From Thermoproteota archaeon (GTDB taxonomy: Archaea > Thermoproteota > Thermoprotei > Gearchaeales > Gearchaeaceae): a stretch of 45,729 nt of DNA. Positions 26,408 through 37,073 of the stretch are shown piece after piece (the stretch's first letter is position 1; each line of letters begins with the position of its first letter). A program made the translations under genes and the position numbers. The stretch is taken from NCBI GenBank assembly GCA_032249235.1, contig JAVVGF010000006.1, forward strand, positions 1 to 45,729. The letters are read 5' to 3'. The notes below the pieces were generated by a model. That model made no database searches. It was not told where the DNA came from and saw only the letters and a program-made list of their open reading frames with translations.

Positions 26408-26991
26408 TGTTAGGATTTCTTAGGAAAAGGACAGAAGAATTACTCGCATCCTTAACTAACATTTTTGTAAAAGCGAATGTAAATCCAAACGTAATTTCAT
26501 TAGTAGCTTTACTTTTAGCTATTATTTCTGCTTCTTTTTATTATTTCAAAATTATTTTCTTAGCAGTATTATTCTTGCTAATTTCAGGCTTTCTTGATAT
26601 GATTGATGGAATGGTAGCTAGAGCGGGCAATAGAGAGAGCAAATTAGGAAATGTGCTAGATTCTACACTTGATAGATATGCAGATTTTTTACCAATTCTT
26701 GCAATAGGTCTCGCTGGAATGGCTAATTGGATATTTGTGACCATTGCAATCTTCGGTAGCCTTATACCATCTTATGTGAGAGCTAAATTAGAAATAAACA
26801 TCGAAAGCAAGAAAATTAAAGCTAAATCGGTGATTGGAGAAAGAGCTGATAGAATAATACTACTTATCTTAGCTTCTCTTATTTATCCTTTATACAAGGA
26901 ATCCTTCGATATTGCTTTTCTTTTGATATTCATACTAGGTAATTTCGCTGTTATATTAAGGCTATGGTACAATATTGAAAGTCTCAAGTAA
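26407..26991 (+). CDS. CDP-alcohol phosphatidyltransferase (archaetidylinositol phosphate synthase-like)
   Basis: 'LDMIDGMVAR...GNVLDSTLDRYAD', 'SYVRAK', 'GERADR'. Confidence 0.92.
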   Translation: MLGFLRKRTEELLASLTNIFVKANVNPNVISLVALLLAIISASFYYFKIIFLAVLFLLISGFLDMIDGMVARAGNRESKLGNVLDSTLDRYADFLPILAIGLAGMANWIFVTIAIFGSLIPSYVRAKLEINIESKKIKAKSVIGERADRIILLILASLIYPLYKESFDIAFLLIFILGNFAVILRLWYNIESLK

Positions 26992-27021
26992 TCTTTATAA
27001 AAAGGTATACGTCTTTAAAAT

Positions 27022-28437
27022 GTGGAAGACCTTCTCAGCTTAGCTGTAGATGAAGCCAGAAAACAAGGTGCAAGCTTTGCTGAAGCAAGATTTCAAGATG
27101 CAACAATTATACATCTTGAATTTTTAAATGGAAAAGTAAGGAATTCGAGTTTCAATTCTTATAAAGGTATAGGAATTCGAGTATTGGTAGATAATTCTTT
27201 TGGTTTCTCTTCAACTAATGCATTGAATAAAGAAAGCATTATTGAATGTGTTAGCAAGGCAATAAAAATAGCTAAAGCGAATAAGAGAAAGAGCAATATT
27301 GAATTAGAAAAAACTAGAGCTTATAAAGATACGATAATCGTGAAGCCAAAAACTACGTTATTCGATGCCGATTTGGATGAATTAATCAAAGAAGTTAAAG
27401 AACTAGACAAGAGGATTCAAGAAGTTGAACCTCGAGTAATGATAAGAGTTTTCTACTTCACAGCAGTTAATGAAGAAAAACTCTATATGAATAGTGATGG
27501 ATCAAGAATTGAACATAAAATTCCTAAAATTAATTTGACGAGATTCTTTACAGTTATAGACCCACAAAAAGGAGTATTGCAAAGATCTCGTTCAGAAGGA
27601 GGCTCTTCAGGTCTTGAATATCTAAAGGAGTTAAAAATTGAAGAAAAAGAAATTGAAGATGCAAAGATATTGGGACAAATATTGGATAAAGGAGAAAAAC
27701 TAAAGGAAAGCGGATATTATGATGTAGTTATTGATGGAGAAATCACAGGTTTAATTTCACATGAATCATGCGGACATCCATTTGAGGCTGATAGAATTTT
27801 AGGAAGAGAAGCTGCTCAAGGAGGAGAATCTTATGTTAAGCTTGAGATGCTGAAGAGAGAAAAAATTGGCAGTGACGTATTGACAATCGTTGATAATCCC
27901 TTGATAGAGAAATCATTAGGTTTCTATGTATATGATGAGGAAGGTGTTCCTGCGAGAAAAAAGTATTTGATAAAAAATGGTGTTGTCGAAGAATTATTGC
28001 TCAACAGAGAATATGCTGCAAAGCTCTCAACAACAAGCAATGGCTCAGCCAGAGCGACTGCTTATTTCAATGAACCATTGATAAGGATGTCGAATACATA
28101 CATAGAGCCAGGAGATTATAGCGTTGAAGAATTGATAGAGGATGTAAAAAAAGGTGTATACTTCAAGTCATATATGGAATGGAATATTGATGACAGGAGA
28201 TGGAATCAAAAATACGGCGGATTAGAAGCTTATTTAATAGAAAATGGAGAAATAAAAGGATTTCTCAGAAATCCAGTTTTGGAAGTAACCACAGGTCAGC
28301 TTTATAAAAGTATAGATGCAGTAGGCAAAGATTTGAAATTCGAAGCAGGACTATGTGGTAAAGGTGAGCCTATGCAAGGAGTACCTGTTTGGTTTGGAGG
28401 CCCTACGATTAGAGCTAGAAGACTTTGGATAAAATGA
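27022..28437 (+). CDS. tldD: TldD metalloprotease
   Basis: HESCGH Zn motif, 'RMSNT', 'GLCGKGEP'. Confidence 0.93.
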   Translation: MEDLLSLAVDEARKQGASFAEARFQDATIIHLEFLNGKVRNSSFNSYKGIGIRVLVDNSFGFSSTNALNKESIIECVSKAIKIAKANKRKSNIELEKTRAYKDTIIVKPKTTLFDADLDELIKEVKELDKRIQEVEPRVMIRVFYFTAVNEEKLYMNSDGSRIEHKIPKINLTRFFTVIDPQKGVLQRSRSEGGSSGLEYLKELKIEEKEIEDAKILGQILDKGEKLKESGYYDVVIDGEITGLISHESCGHPFEADRILGREAAQGGESYVKLEMLKREKIGSDVLTIVDNPLIEKSLGFYVYDEEGVPARKKYLIKNGVVEELLLNREYAAKLSTTSNGSARATAYFNEPLIRMSNTYIEPGDYSVEELIEDVKKGVYFKSYMEWNIDDRRWNQKYGGLEAYLIENGEIKGFLRNPVLEVTTGQLYKSIDAVGKDLKFEAGLCGKGEPMQGVPVWFGGPTIRARRLWIK

Positions 28438-29759
28438 GCACAGAAAGTAAAATAGAGACTTTAGTTAAGAAGTTCCAAGAAAAAGGGGTAGAAGATGCAA
28501 TAATAAATCTATATTCTACAAATACGGTGCTTGTTAGATATGCGAATAACGAAATAATGATTCCAATTATAAACAGTGAATCAGTTATCTCTATATGTAT
28601 AGGATATAGAAAGAGGAGGTTGATAACTCAACTCAACGATGTTTACTTTGATGAGAATCGAATAGTTGATAGATTAATGAATATGATAAACCAAATTGAA
28701 GAACAAGAAGTATATGCTAATTTGCCCAAAAACAAATTCCAATATGAAAGTATCCTTGATATCGATGAAGAAACAAGAAAATCTGAAGAAAAAGCTGTAG
28801 AATTGATTGATGGGATAATAAATGAAAGCCTGAATAGAGGAGTTAAAAGAGTTGCTGGTACTCTTGAAATAAAACATGCGAATATCAAAAGCTGGACATC
28901 AACAGGTCTATTCTTGGAGGATAAAAGATCAAGTGTTATGCTAAATCATAGGTGCTTCATCGATTCCCTTTCAACAGGACAATGGTCATATACAGCAAGG
29001 AGTATAAAGGACCTTGATTGGAAGCTCGTCGTAGATAAATCTAGTGAAATATGCAAAATGAATGTTAATCACAAAAAAGCAGAAGCAGGCAAGTACACTG
29101 TTGTTTTTTCACCTATGATATTTGCTAGCCTCATAGAACATGTTGCCTATGCTACTTCTGCATATGCTGTAGAAACAGGTTATTCTTATCTTACGGGAAA
29201 ATTAGGTAAAAAAGTTGCGAGTGAAAAATTAACTATAATCGATGATCCTCAGAATAAAGCTTCTCCAGGATATGCAAGATATGACGAAGAATGTATTCCT
29301 ACAAGAAAAAAAGAAATCATAAAAAATGGCATTTTGTTAACATATCTACATAATTTAACGACAGCAAAGAAATTCAATACTGAAACAACAGGAAATGCTG
29401 GTTTAGTTTCTCCACATCCATGGTCTATTCATGTTGAAGCAGGAGATTATAATGAAGATGAGATACTGAAAGAGGTTAAAAAAGGATTGTTCATTGTTAA
29501 CAATTGGTATTTGAGATTCCAAAACTATCAAGCAGGGGACTTCTCTACAATATTAAGAGATGGAATCTTCTTAATTGAAAATGGAGATATAAAAACAGCT
29601 CTTTATGGTGCAAGATTGAGCGATAATTTCTTAAATTTAATTACAAGCATAAAAGCCCTTACTAAAAGAGTATACCCGATTAAATGGTGGGAAGTTAACA
29701 CTCCAACTTACGTTCCTTATGCACTGGTAGAAAACATGAACATTACAACTGCGGAATAA
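28434..29759 (+). CDS. pmbA: TldE/PmbA family protein
   Basis: 'LGKKVASEKLTIIDDP', 'TTGNAG', no HExxH; coupled to tldD. Confidence 0.9.
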   Translation: MSTESKIETLVKKFQEKGVEDAIINLYSTNTVLVRYANNEIMIPIINSESVISICIGYRKRRLITQLNDVYFDENRIVDRLMNMINQIEEQEVYANLPKNKFQYESILDIDEETRKSEEKAVELIDGIINESLNRGVKRVAGTLEIKHANIKSWTSTGLFLEDKRSSVMLNHRCFIDSLSTGQWSYTARSIKDLDWKLVVDKSSEICKMNVNHKKAEAGKYTVVFSPMIFASLIEHVAYATSAYAVETGYSYLTGKLGKKVASEKLTIIDDPQNKASPGYARYDEECIPTRKKEIIKNGILLTYLHNLTTAKKFNTETTGNAGLVSPHPWSIHVEAGDYNEDEILKEVKKGLFIVNNWYLRFQNYQAGDFSTILRDGIFLIENGDIKTALYGARLSDNFLNLITSIKALTKRVYPIKWWEVNTPTYVPYALVENMNITTAE

Positions 29760-30194
29760 TTACTTTTTTATTCTTTCTGAATAAAAATAAGAAAAAAATG
29801 TTGAAAAGATTGCTATTATTAGTTGAGGATAGATAAATAAAATATAAGTAGGATTATATGATAACCAAAGCAAATATTGAGCTATAGATGGAAAAGCATA
29901 ACTTACTAATTTTATTATATTATATGAATAAAATAGAGGTAAATAATAAAAAATTGTTATAGGTATTATAAATACAAAAAAGAAAATTACATGCTGCATT
30001 TTACCGCTCTTTTTGCCTATGAGAACTTTATCAATATAAGTTAAAGCAGAAGCTAAAATTAGTATTAGAGAAAATATAGATACGAACAAAAAAGTAAGAG
30101 GTGGAAAAACCCTTAATACATTATAAGCATAAAGTGTAGCGAAAGCATGTATTATCACTAAATATGCTATGCTTAGCTTCTTCAAGGTATGCAT
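29760..30194 (-). CDS. Hypothetical membrane protein
   Basis: About 4 TM segments; extremely AT-rich. Confidence 0.5.
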   Translation of the reverse strand: MHTLKKLSIAYLVIIHAFATLYAYNVLRVFPPLTFLFVSIFSLILILASALTYIDKVLIGKKSGKMQHVIFFFVFIIPITIFYYLPLFYSYNIIKLVSYAFPSIAQYLLWLSYNPTYILFIYPQLIIAIFSTFFSYFYSERIKK

Positions 30195-30296
30195 AGATAA
30201 TTGGGAATTTTTTACTTTAAAAAAATTTCTTTTTTATTGGTTGCTTGAATAATAGTCGAGATTGACATGCTAATATACTTTAATTCCTCATTTTTT

Positions 30297-31004
30297 ATGG
30301 AAATGAATGATTTGTTATTTATTTACAGGTTAACAGTTACGCTATTTATATTCAGCTTTGCAAGCTATTACGATATCAAAAAAAGAGAAGTAAATGATTT
30401 AATATGGCTAATTTATGTAGCTTTGACTTTGCCAATATCATTCATATTAGGTGACGAATGGAATTTAGTAATCGCTTTCATACCTTGTTTTATTTTTGGA
30501 GCTGTACTTTATTATGTTTTCAAGTTTGGAGGTGCAGATGCAAAAGCAATATGGTGCTTAGCTATAGCTTTGCCGGATTTCCCTTATGAAACAATGTTTG
30601 TTAAGCCTTTAATATTTCCTCTTTCGATTGCTTTCAATGCAGTAATAATTTCTATTTTTTACATTTTTGTAAATATATATAATAACATAAAAAAATATAT
30701 AAAAGATAGAAAACTTTTTGATCAGAATTTACCACTAAAAGTTAAAATAATGTTATTTTTGTTTTCACAAAAGTTAAGTAAAGATGAATATTTTAGAAGT
30801 AATTTCTACATTCCATCGTTAATAAATGGGAAATATAATTTAAAACAAGATATAAGAGAAATAGACTACAATAAAAAAGAATACATTACAGAATGGTATG
30901 AAAAAGCCCAGCCTTTCCTAGTGTATATTTTGATCGCAATACCAATAACTATCTTATTTGGAGATTTGAGCATGACATTTGTCAGCATTTTCATGAAGCA
31001 TTAA
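30297..31004 (+). CDS. Prepilin/prearchaellin peptidase (A24, PibD/FlaK-like)
   Basis: 'SYYDIKKREV' and 'FGGADAKA' catalytic Asp motifs; C-terminal 'PFLVYI'. Confidence 0.88.
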   Translation: MEMNDLLFIYRLTVTLFIFSFASYYDIKKREVNDLIWLIYVALTLPISFILGDEWNLVIAFIPCFIFGAVLYYVFKFGGADAKAIWCLAIALPDFPYETMFVKPLIFPLSIAFNAVIISIFYIFVNIYNNIKKYIKDRKLFDQNLPLKVKIMLFLFSQKLSKDEYFRSNFYIPSLINGKYNLKQDIREIDYNKKEYITEWYEKAQPFLVYILIAIPITILFGDLSMTFVSIFMKH

Positions 31005-31034
31005 ATTAAAATATAACAAGGTTGAAGAAAACAC

Positions 31035-31343
31035 ATGGTCGCAAAGAAGATAATTGCCGTAGTTGCTGAATGGGAAGCATCATCTAAATATGTAAAGAAA
31101 ATAGTAGAAGAAGTATCTAAAGAAAAAAACATACAAGTTGAGATAAAAGAAGAAGATTGGGAATTTTTAGTAAATTATGGGGTTAAAGATGAATTCGGAG
31201 GAGTAGAAGTTCCACAAGTCTTTGTACAAGATGATAATGGAAATATAAAATTCGTAATGGGTAGAGTACCACTAGATGCAGAAGGTAAGCCTGATCTAAA
31301 TAAAGCAAAAGAAATATTATTGCAGGCTATTTCTACTTCATAA
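31035..31343 (+). CDS. Cys-less thioredoxin/glutaredoxin-like protein
   Basis: 'EDWEFLVNYGVKDEFGGVEVPQVFV' cis-Pro-like motif; 'AEWEASSK' replaces WCxxC. Confidence 0.6.
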   Translation: MVAKKIIAVVAEWEASSKYVKKIVEEVSKEKNIQVEIKEEDWEFLVNYGVKDEFGGVEVPQVFVQDDNGNIKFVMGRVPLDAEGKPDLNKAKEILLQAISTS

Positions 31344-33933
31344 ATTTTCCTAAAGTACTTGTTCCTAAAATTCCTTCAAAATCTATTCCTGCAGGTTCTA
31401 ATAATTGCTCTAAACTGCTTCGCATTATTTCAACGTATTTGTTAACATCTATTTCATCAAGTCTAGCAAGTTGAACAGGCTTAACACCATCAGCAGTTCT
31501 CACTTTAACATATGCGATATTTTGGCCAGCTTTAACTTCTATACCGAAGTTCTTTAACAATAAAGCGGCTTTGACATGTTGTGGAGTAGTTTTATTATAA
31601 TCCTCGATGTTCTTGTTCATCATTACTTTTATAGCTAGATCTGATAAAGAAATCCTACCTGATTTTAACAAGGAATATTGCATATAAGTAAGCTTTTTAA
31701 TCTTCTCTTTTGCAGGTTCGAAATCTTCTACTTTATCTATTTCCTTCAATATGTTCACTATCTCATAGAAAGTTTTTCTTACAAATTCAGGAATGTGCTT
31801 CTTTTTACCCAATAAGCCTTTGATATCAACATTTCCATCATATGTGACGCCGAAATAATTCTTTTTTCTTTCTGAAAAAACAACGTATTTATAAGTCTTG
31901 TCTACATCCAAATCTACTCTAAGAACTTTTTCAACTCCATCAATGAATTCTTTTAAAACATTAGCTGGTGGATTTTTAATGAATAAAGAATCTGTATCTC
32001 CATATATTATTTCTAAACCCATTTTCTTAGCTATTTTAATCGTTTCTTCAATATTGTATCTTCCTATTGCTGTAACACTTTCTGCAGCTGCAGGAGAATA
32101 CAGATCAGAAGATTCAGCACCTAAAACTCCATATGCAGCGTTTAAAATAACTTTAATAGATGCCTGTATTACTTCATATTGAGAACGAATTGAAGGATCT
32201 AATCCTTGTTTTTTAGATAAAGGCTTATACCAAGCAACTCTTAAATCCCTCAAACTTCCAATCAATTTACTTAAAACTCCTTTTCTCTTCTTGCAACTCC
32301 AATGTGAAATACTTGGTAACATTACAAGCTTGCATTCTTCATGAGGACAGTCAATTGTTTCATAAGATATATTCCAGATTTTAATTATCGAAGGATACAA
32401 TGATGCAAAATCAACAACTACTACGTTGAAATGAATTCCAGGTTGGGGTTCAATTACTTTAGCACCTAGATATTTCTTACCTTTTATTATCGCAGTTGTC
32501 ACGAGATGACCTTTAGCCTGCTCAATTTCTTTCTTATTAGAAATTAAGACTTTTGATTGTCTTAGAGAAAAGCTTACCATGCTTTTGATCCAATTTGATA
32601 TTCCTATCCTTGTTACATCTTCAATAGGAAGTTTAGCTATACGCATAAGTATTATGAAAAGTTTTAGGACAAGATGATCGTTAAAGTTGACTAATGAATA
32701 AGTTAACCAAGCATCTCTATAGCAATATGATGCAAGCTCGTAAAGAGGCAGATTGTTTATGAAATCTTTCAAGACTTTCTTTTCGATTCCTAGAAGAGCT
32801 TTACTTATGGAATTTAGATCGACTTCATCATATTTTTTACTGAAAGCATAAATTTGTATAGCTTTGTTATGGAAAAATTTATATAAATCTACATGTACAC
32901 CAGGAGTAACTAGAGCAATTTCTTTTCCTAGAGCTATAGGTATCCTTTCTTTTGCAAAGCCTAATTTTTGAGCTCTATGATAAAGATAATTTAGATCGAA
33001 ATTATCGCCATTGAAAGTTATTACTAGAGGATAAGATGAAATTATTCTGAATACTCTATTTAATAATTCAATCTCATTATCAACTATTTCAACATCCACA
33101 CCTTCTAGATCAGCAGGTCTATTTCCTAGTTCTACATTTCTTTTCAGCAAAATTACTTTTTTCAATCCATCACTTGAAACAAACGAAACAGCAATGATCC
33201 TGTTTTCTGCTTTTTTAGGAGAAGGCATCAATGTAGGGGATTCCATTTCTACTTCAATATCAATAGCTACATGTCTAACTAAAGGAATAGGTTGATTCAA
33301 TATCTTAACCCATTCTTTTAGTGCAGCAAAGTATTCAGGGTCTTCATCTCTGAATCTTTCTTCCAACTCTTTTAAGGAGATATCATCGAAATCAGGAATT
33401 AAGTTTCCGTTAATAACCTTATATGGACAGCCAGGAATAAGACCGCGATCGTATATGTAATTTGAATGATATTTAATGTTTGCTTCCCATACATTTCCAT
33501 TTGCTTTACTTGCAACTATTTCTCTTAAAGAATTGGCTGATCCTCCTACCGCTAGTGGATCTTTTGTTATGATCTTAGTCAACTCAACGACCTTATCATG
33601 CAAAGCATCATATAATTTGACTTTTTCGAATCCTGCTAGACCTTTATGTAAAGCAATCGAAGGAATAGCTCTTAGCTTTTCTTCAGGTAAGTCTGTGTAG
33701 AAATATGGCTTATGACCAGTATTATCATACCAGTAATATATTTTTCCAGAGTTCGGCTCGTATAATTTAACCAAGGCACATTTTCTTTTACCACTATAAG
33801 TTACTGAAATTAGATAGCTTCTACCTAAATTTTCTGGAACTTCGGCTTCATAAATAGTAGCTTCTTCTCTTAATTCTTCTTGTTCAGCCTCAAATTCCTC
33901 CTCTTCTTCTTCGTAATCGATTTTAGAAAACAT
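31333..33933 (-). CDS. polB1: Family B DNA polymerase, PolB1 type
   Basis: 'WYDNTGHKPYF', exonuclease 'DIEV' and 'FNGDNFD', 'DFASLYPSII', 'KVILNAAYG', YGDTDS; no intein. Confidence 0.96.
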   Translation of the reverse strand: MFSKIDYEEEEEEFEAEQEELREEATIYEAEVPENLGRSYLISVTYSGKRKCALVKLYEPNSGKIYYWYDNTGHKPYFYTDLPEEKLRAIPSIALHKGLAGFEKVKLYDALHDKVVELTKIITKDPLAVGGSANSLREIVASKANGNVWEANIKYHSNYIYDRGLIPGCPYKVINGNLIPDFDDISLKELEERFRDEDPEYFAALKEWVKILNQPIPLVRHVAIDIEVEMESPTLMPSPKKAENRIIAVSFVSSDGLKKVILLKRNVELGNRPADLEGVDVEIVDNEIELLNRVFRIISSYPLVITFNGDNFDLNYLYHRAQKLGFAKERIPIALGKEIALVTPGVHVDLYKFFHNKAIQIYAFSKKYDEVDLNSISKALLGIEKKVLKDFINNLPLYELASYCYRDAWLTYSLVNFNDHLVLKLFIILMRIAKLPIEDVTRIGISNWIKSMVSFSLRQSKVLISNKKEIEQAKGHLVTTAIIKGKKYLGAKVIEPQPGIHFNVVVVDFASLYPSIIKIWNISYETIDCPHEECKLVMLPSISHWSCKKRKGVLSKLIGSLRDLRVAWYKPLSKKQGLDPSIRSQYEVIQASIKVILNAAYGVLGAESSDLYSPAAAESVTAIGRYNIEETIKIAKKMGLEIIYGDTDSLFIKNPPANVLKEFIDGVEKVLRVDLDVDKTYKYVVFSERKKNYFGVTYDGNVDIKGLLGKKKHIPEFVRKTFYEIVNILKEIDKVEDFEPAKEKIKKLTYMQYSLLKSGRISLSDLAIKVMMNKNIEDYNKTTPQHVKAALLLKNFGIEVKAGQNIAYVKVRTADGVKPVQLARLDEIDVNKYVEIMRSSLEQLLEPAGIDFEGILGTSTLGKFMK

Positions 33934-35143
33934 CTGATTTTAAATATTCACTTAACCTTCTTATACCTTCCTCTATTCTTTCAAAATCTTCAGATACAAA
34001 AGTGAGCCTAAATCTTCCTACACCTTGCTTGCCAAAATATGAACCTGGAATTATGACTAGCTTTTTCTTTTTGAATAGGTCTAGCATCACTTCTTCGTCT
34101 TTGTAAATTTTATTTCTGAGATATTTTTCTAAATTAAGGAATAAATAAAAAGCACCCTCGGGAATATTGACATGAATATCAGGCAAATATTCATTAATCA
34201 TTTTTATCATGAAATCTCTTCTTGCTTTGTATGTTGGCACTACTATTTCTTTCAGATATTTTCTCTTTAACTCGCTAGCTAAATAGTGCATTAAAAACTT
34301 TTGTCCTACGACGTTTGAACATAAGGTTACGAACTGCTTAATTTTTTCTAAATTAGATATCACTTCCTCGTTTGCACAAACATATCCTAGTCTAAAGCCA
34401 GGAGATGAAGCTTCTTTCGAAAAAGAACAAACAGATATTACATGATCTTTATCATATTTGGCTAAGTAGACATGTTCTTTCTCATAAGTTATATGTTTGT
34501 AGGCTTCATCCACGATTACAAAAATGTTTTTGTCTTTCGCTATTTCTACGATACCTTTTGCTATATCTTCTCTCAACATTCTTCCTGTAGGATTTTCTGG
34601 AGTATTTAAAATTATTGCCTTTGTTTTCTTAGTAATTTTTTCATTTATTTCATCCAAAGAAGGTTGATAGCCATTTTCCTCAAGTTGTAGAACCCTTATT
34701 TCTTTAGCTTTGAAGAAGGAAATTATTTCTGAATAACCCAAGTATGTAGGATCTGTTAATATTACTTCATCTCCTTCTTCCAAAATTGAAGACAATACCA
34801 AGAATATTCCTTCTGTAGAACCTTCTGTAACTATTATCTCTTTATTAGGATCATATTTTATTCCTGAATACTCATAAACGTCTTCAGCAATTTTTTCTCT
34901 AAATCTTATCATTCCTCTTGTGCTTGTATATCGGAAAAATTCAGATGGGTTATTTTCTAAATCTTCAACGAATGATTCTATCAATTCCTTAGGAGGAATT
35001 AAACTAGGAGAACCTCCACCAAAAGAGATTATTTCTGAATCTTTAGCGGCTTCATCAAGCAATGCAGCAACTTTTCTTATCGGAGATAATTTTAAAAAGG
35101 CGAGTTTCTTTGAGAAAAGTTTCTTTAAATCGCTTTCATACAT
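33923..35143 (-). CDS. PLP-dependent aminotransferase class I/II
   Basis: 'NTPENPTG', 'DEAY', 'SFSKEASSPGFRLGY'. Confidence 0.93.
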   Translation of the reverse strand: MYESDLKKLFSKKLAFLKLSPIRKVAALLDEAAKDSEIISFGGGSPSLIPPKELIESFVEDLENNPSEFFRYTSTRGMIRFREKIAEDVYEYSGIKYDPNKEIIVTEGSTEGIFLVLSSILEEGDEVILTDPTYLGYSEIISFFKAKEIRVLQLEENGYQPSLDEINEKITKKTKAIILNTPENPTGRMLREDIAKGIVEIAKDKNIFVIVDEAYKHITYEKEHVYLAKYDKDHVISVCSFSKEASSPGFRLGYVCANEEVISNLEKIKQFVTLCSNVVGQKFLMHYLASELKRKYLKEIVVPTYKARRDFMIKMINEYLPDIHVNIPEGAFYLFLNLEKYLRNKIYKDEEVMLDLFKKKKLVIIPGSYFGKQGVGRFRLTFVSEDFERIEEGIRRLSEYLKSDVF

Positions 35144-35224
35144 ATGCTAAAAAAGACTGAGCTTTATTAATTCTTAACTCTTTGATCCTAATTCTGAAGC
35201 ATTCGTTAAACTATATGAAGAAGC

Positions 35225-37039
35225 TTATTGATTCAGTATTCTTCTCAACTTACCCTTCGAATAAGATAAAACATGCATTTCTCTTTTTAACCATTCTGGA
35301 ATGTATTTGAAGACTCGGCGATATAAAAACCTTTTATCAAGAAATATTACATAAATTGTTGATTTCTCTTCCCTCAAAGCCCTGCCTACTGATTGAATTG
35401 ATTTTCTTAAAGCTGGTATTACGAAAGCAAAATCTATTCCTTTATTAAGCCATCTATTTTCAAAATATGATATCTTCTCCTTCAATACTGGCGAAGGTTG
35501 CTCGAATGGAATACCAACTAAAAATAAAAATTTGATAGTATTTGAAGGGAAATCCTCACCCTCTGAAATCTTTCCTCCTTGAACAGCTAGTAGAATTTTC
35601 GAATTAGGATTTTCTTTGAAGATTTGAAGCATATTTTCAACTTCTTCATCGTTCATTTCTTTATTTTCTATCAGAAAATCTTTTTTTATTCTGAATTGTA
35701 TTCCAGCATTTAACAACCCTTTCATAACGTCATAAGAAGAAACAAATATTGCTACTCCACCATTAGCAACAAGAGAAACTTCTTCTATAACGTCTATGAT
35801 TTTTGAATAAAGCTCGTTTGAACGTTCCTCAAATTTTGTAGTTACATTCGTGATGAAGATAGATTTTATATTGGGATATTTGCTTGAAAGAACGATTTTC
35901 TCTTCCTTCAAGTCTTCCAATCCGAGCAGATATTTGTAAGAATCAATAGGTTCAAGCGTTGCAGATGCGAGAATTATCGAGTTAAATTTCATGAATAATT
36001 CTTTTGAATAATACGAAGGATCGATAACTGATAGATTTAATATAAGATCATTATAAATATTTCTATCCACGTATATTATATAAGAATTTTCATTTAATTC
36101 AAGTATTGATTTTAAAAAATTATAGAAATATATTAAATTAAAATTATTTGGATTAATGTATATATTACGTCTTAATTCTTTCAAAATTGATACCAAGGAT
36201 ATATTATACTCTGATATTATGATATTCAGAATCTCTTCTTTGGTTAATTTTAAAAAGATTTTGTCTGATATTTTTTTATTAATAATATCACAAAGCTTTT
36301 CTATTATAGGTAATAATAGTTCGTTAGAATTTTTCAACAATAAATCAATGTTCATAGAAACACTATGAATATTAGATAACAATTCAGGAATATTATGAGC
36401 CTCATCTGCTATGAGAATCCTTCTAGTATGGCGATTAGTTTTTTCTTCTATGATAGAAAAAGCTTCAGGTGTAAAGAAAGAACTATAGGTCATCAAAATA
36501 AAATTTGAATCTAACAATAAAGATTTATTAAATTCATAAAGACATATATTTAAATTTGATGATAAATCATATAAATATTTAAAGCTTTGTTTACTTTTTA
36601 AATTAATTATTTGATTTATTTTTATCTGTTTTTCGTAATAATTTTTATAATAATAGCAACTTCCATTTGATATCATTTCTCTACATATAAAATTAAAGGA
36701 GTTACTTTTCTTGATTTTTTCTTCTATCTTTTCATTTATACACATCTCACTTTTTGCTTTTAGTATTGAAATCCTGACATTTTTTACATTATTTATTTTT
36801 TCCAACTCCTCTAGAACTCTATCGATTTGCCTATACGTCCTAACAACATATATTACCATAGAATTTTCTTCTTCTAGAAAGGGTAAACAAGCTGTTAATA
36901 GCGAAATCGTCTTACCAAATCCGCTAGGAGCTTGAACGAATAATATTTTTGAATTATTGATTGCTTCGAATATTTTGAAAATTAATTCTTTCTGACCTTC
37001 TCTAAATGTCTTATAAGGGAAGTAATGAAGAGGATCCAA
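35225..37039 (-). CDS. xpd: XPD/Rad3/DinG family Fe-S helicase
   Basis: Q motif 'FPYKTFREGQ', APSGFGKT, four-Cys Fe-S region, DEAH, SAT, 'QSVGRALR'. Confidence 0.9.
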   Translation of the reverse strand: MDPLHYFPYKTFREGQKELIFKIFEAINNSKILFVQAPSGFGKTISLLTACLPFLEEENSMVIYVVRTYRQIDRVLEELEKINNVKNVRISILKAKSEMCINEKIEEKIKKSNSFNFICREMISNGSCYYYKNYYEKQIKINQIINLKSKQSFKYLYDLSSNLNICLYEFNKSLLLDSNFILMTYSSFFTPEAFSIIEEKTNRHTRRILIADEAHNIPELLSNIHSVSMNIDLLLKNSNELLLPIIEKLCDIINKKISDKIFLKLTKEEILNIIISEYNISLVSILKELRRNIYINPNNFNLIYFYNFLKSILELNENSYIIYVDRNIYNDLILNLSVIDPSYYSKELFMKFNSIILASATLEPIDSYKYLLGLEDLKEEKIVLSSKYPNIKSIFITNVTTKFEERSNELYSKIIDVIEEVSLVANGGVAIFVSSYDVMKGLLNAGIQFRIKKDFLIENKEMNDEEVENMLQIFKENPNSKILLAVQGGKISEGEDFPSNTIKFLFLVGIPFEQPSPVLKEKISYFENRWLNKGIDFAFVIPALRKSIQSVGRALREEKSTIYVIFLDKRFLYRRVFKYIPEWLKREMHVLSYSKGKLRRILNQ

Positions 37040-37073
37040 TTCAAATATAAGTATAATTTAGCTATAAGGTCTT

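Noticed and set aside
28434-29759. Missing HExxH in the second Tld gene as a novel pseudoenzyme
   Set aside because: Normal for TldE/PmbA
30241-30247. TTGCTTG upstream of the prepilin peptidase, shared with the pilin-like gene promoter
   Set aside because: A single 7-mer is too weak to claim co-regulation
31333-33933. Intein or inactivation in PolB
   Set aside because: Normal length with all exonuclease and polymerase motifs intact
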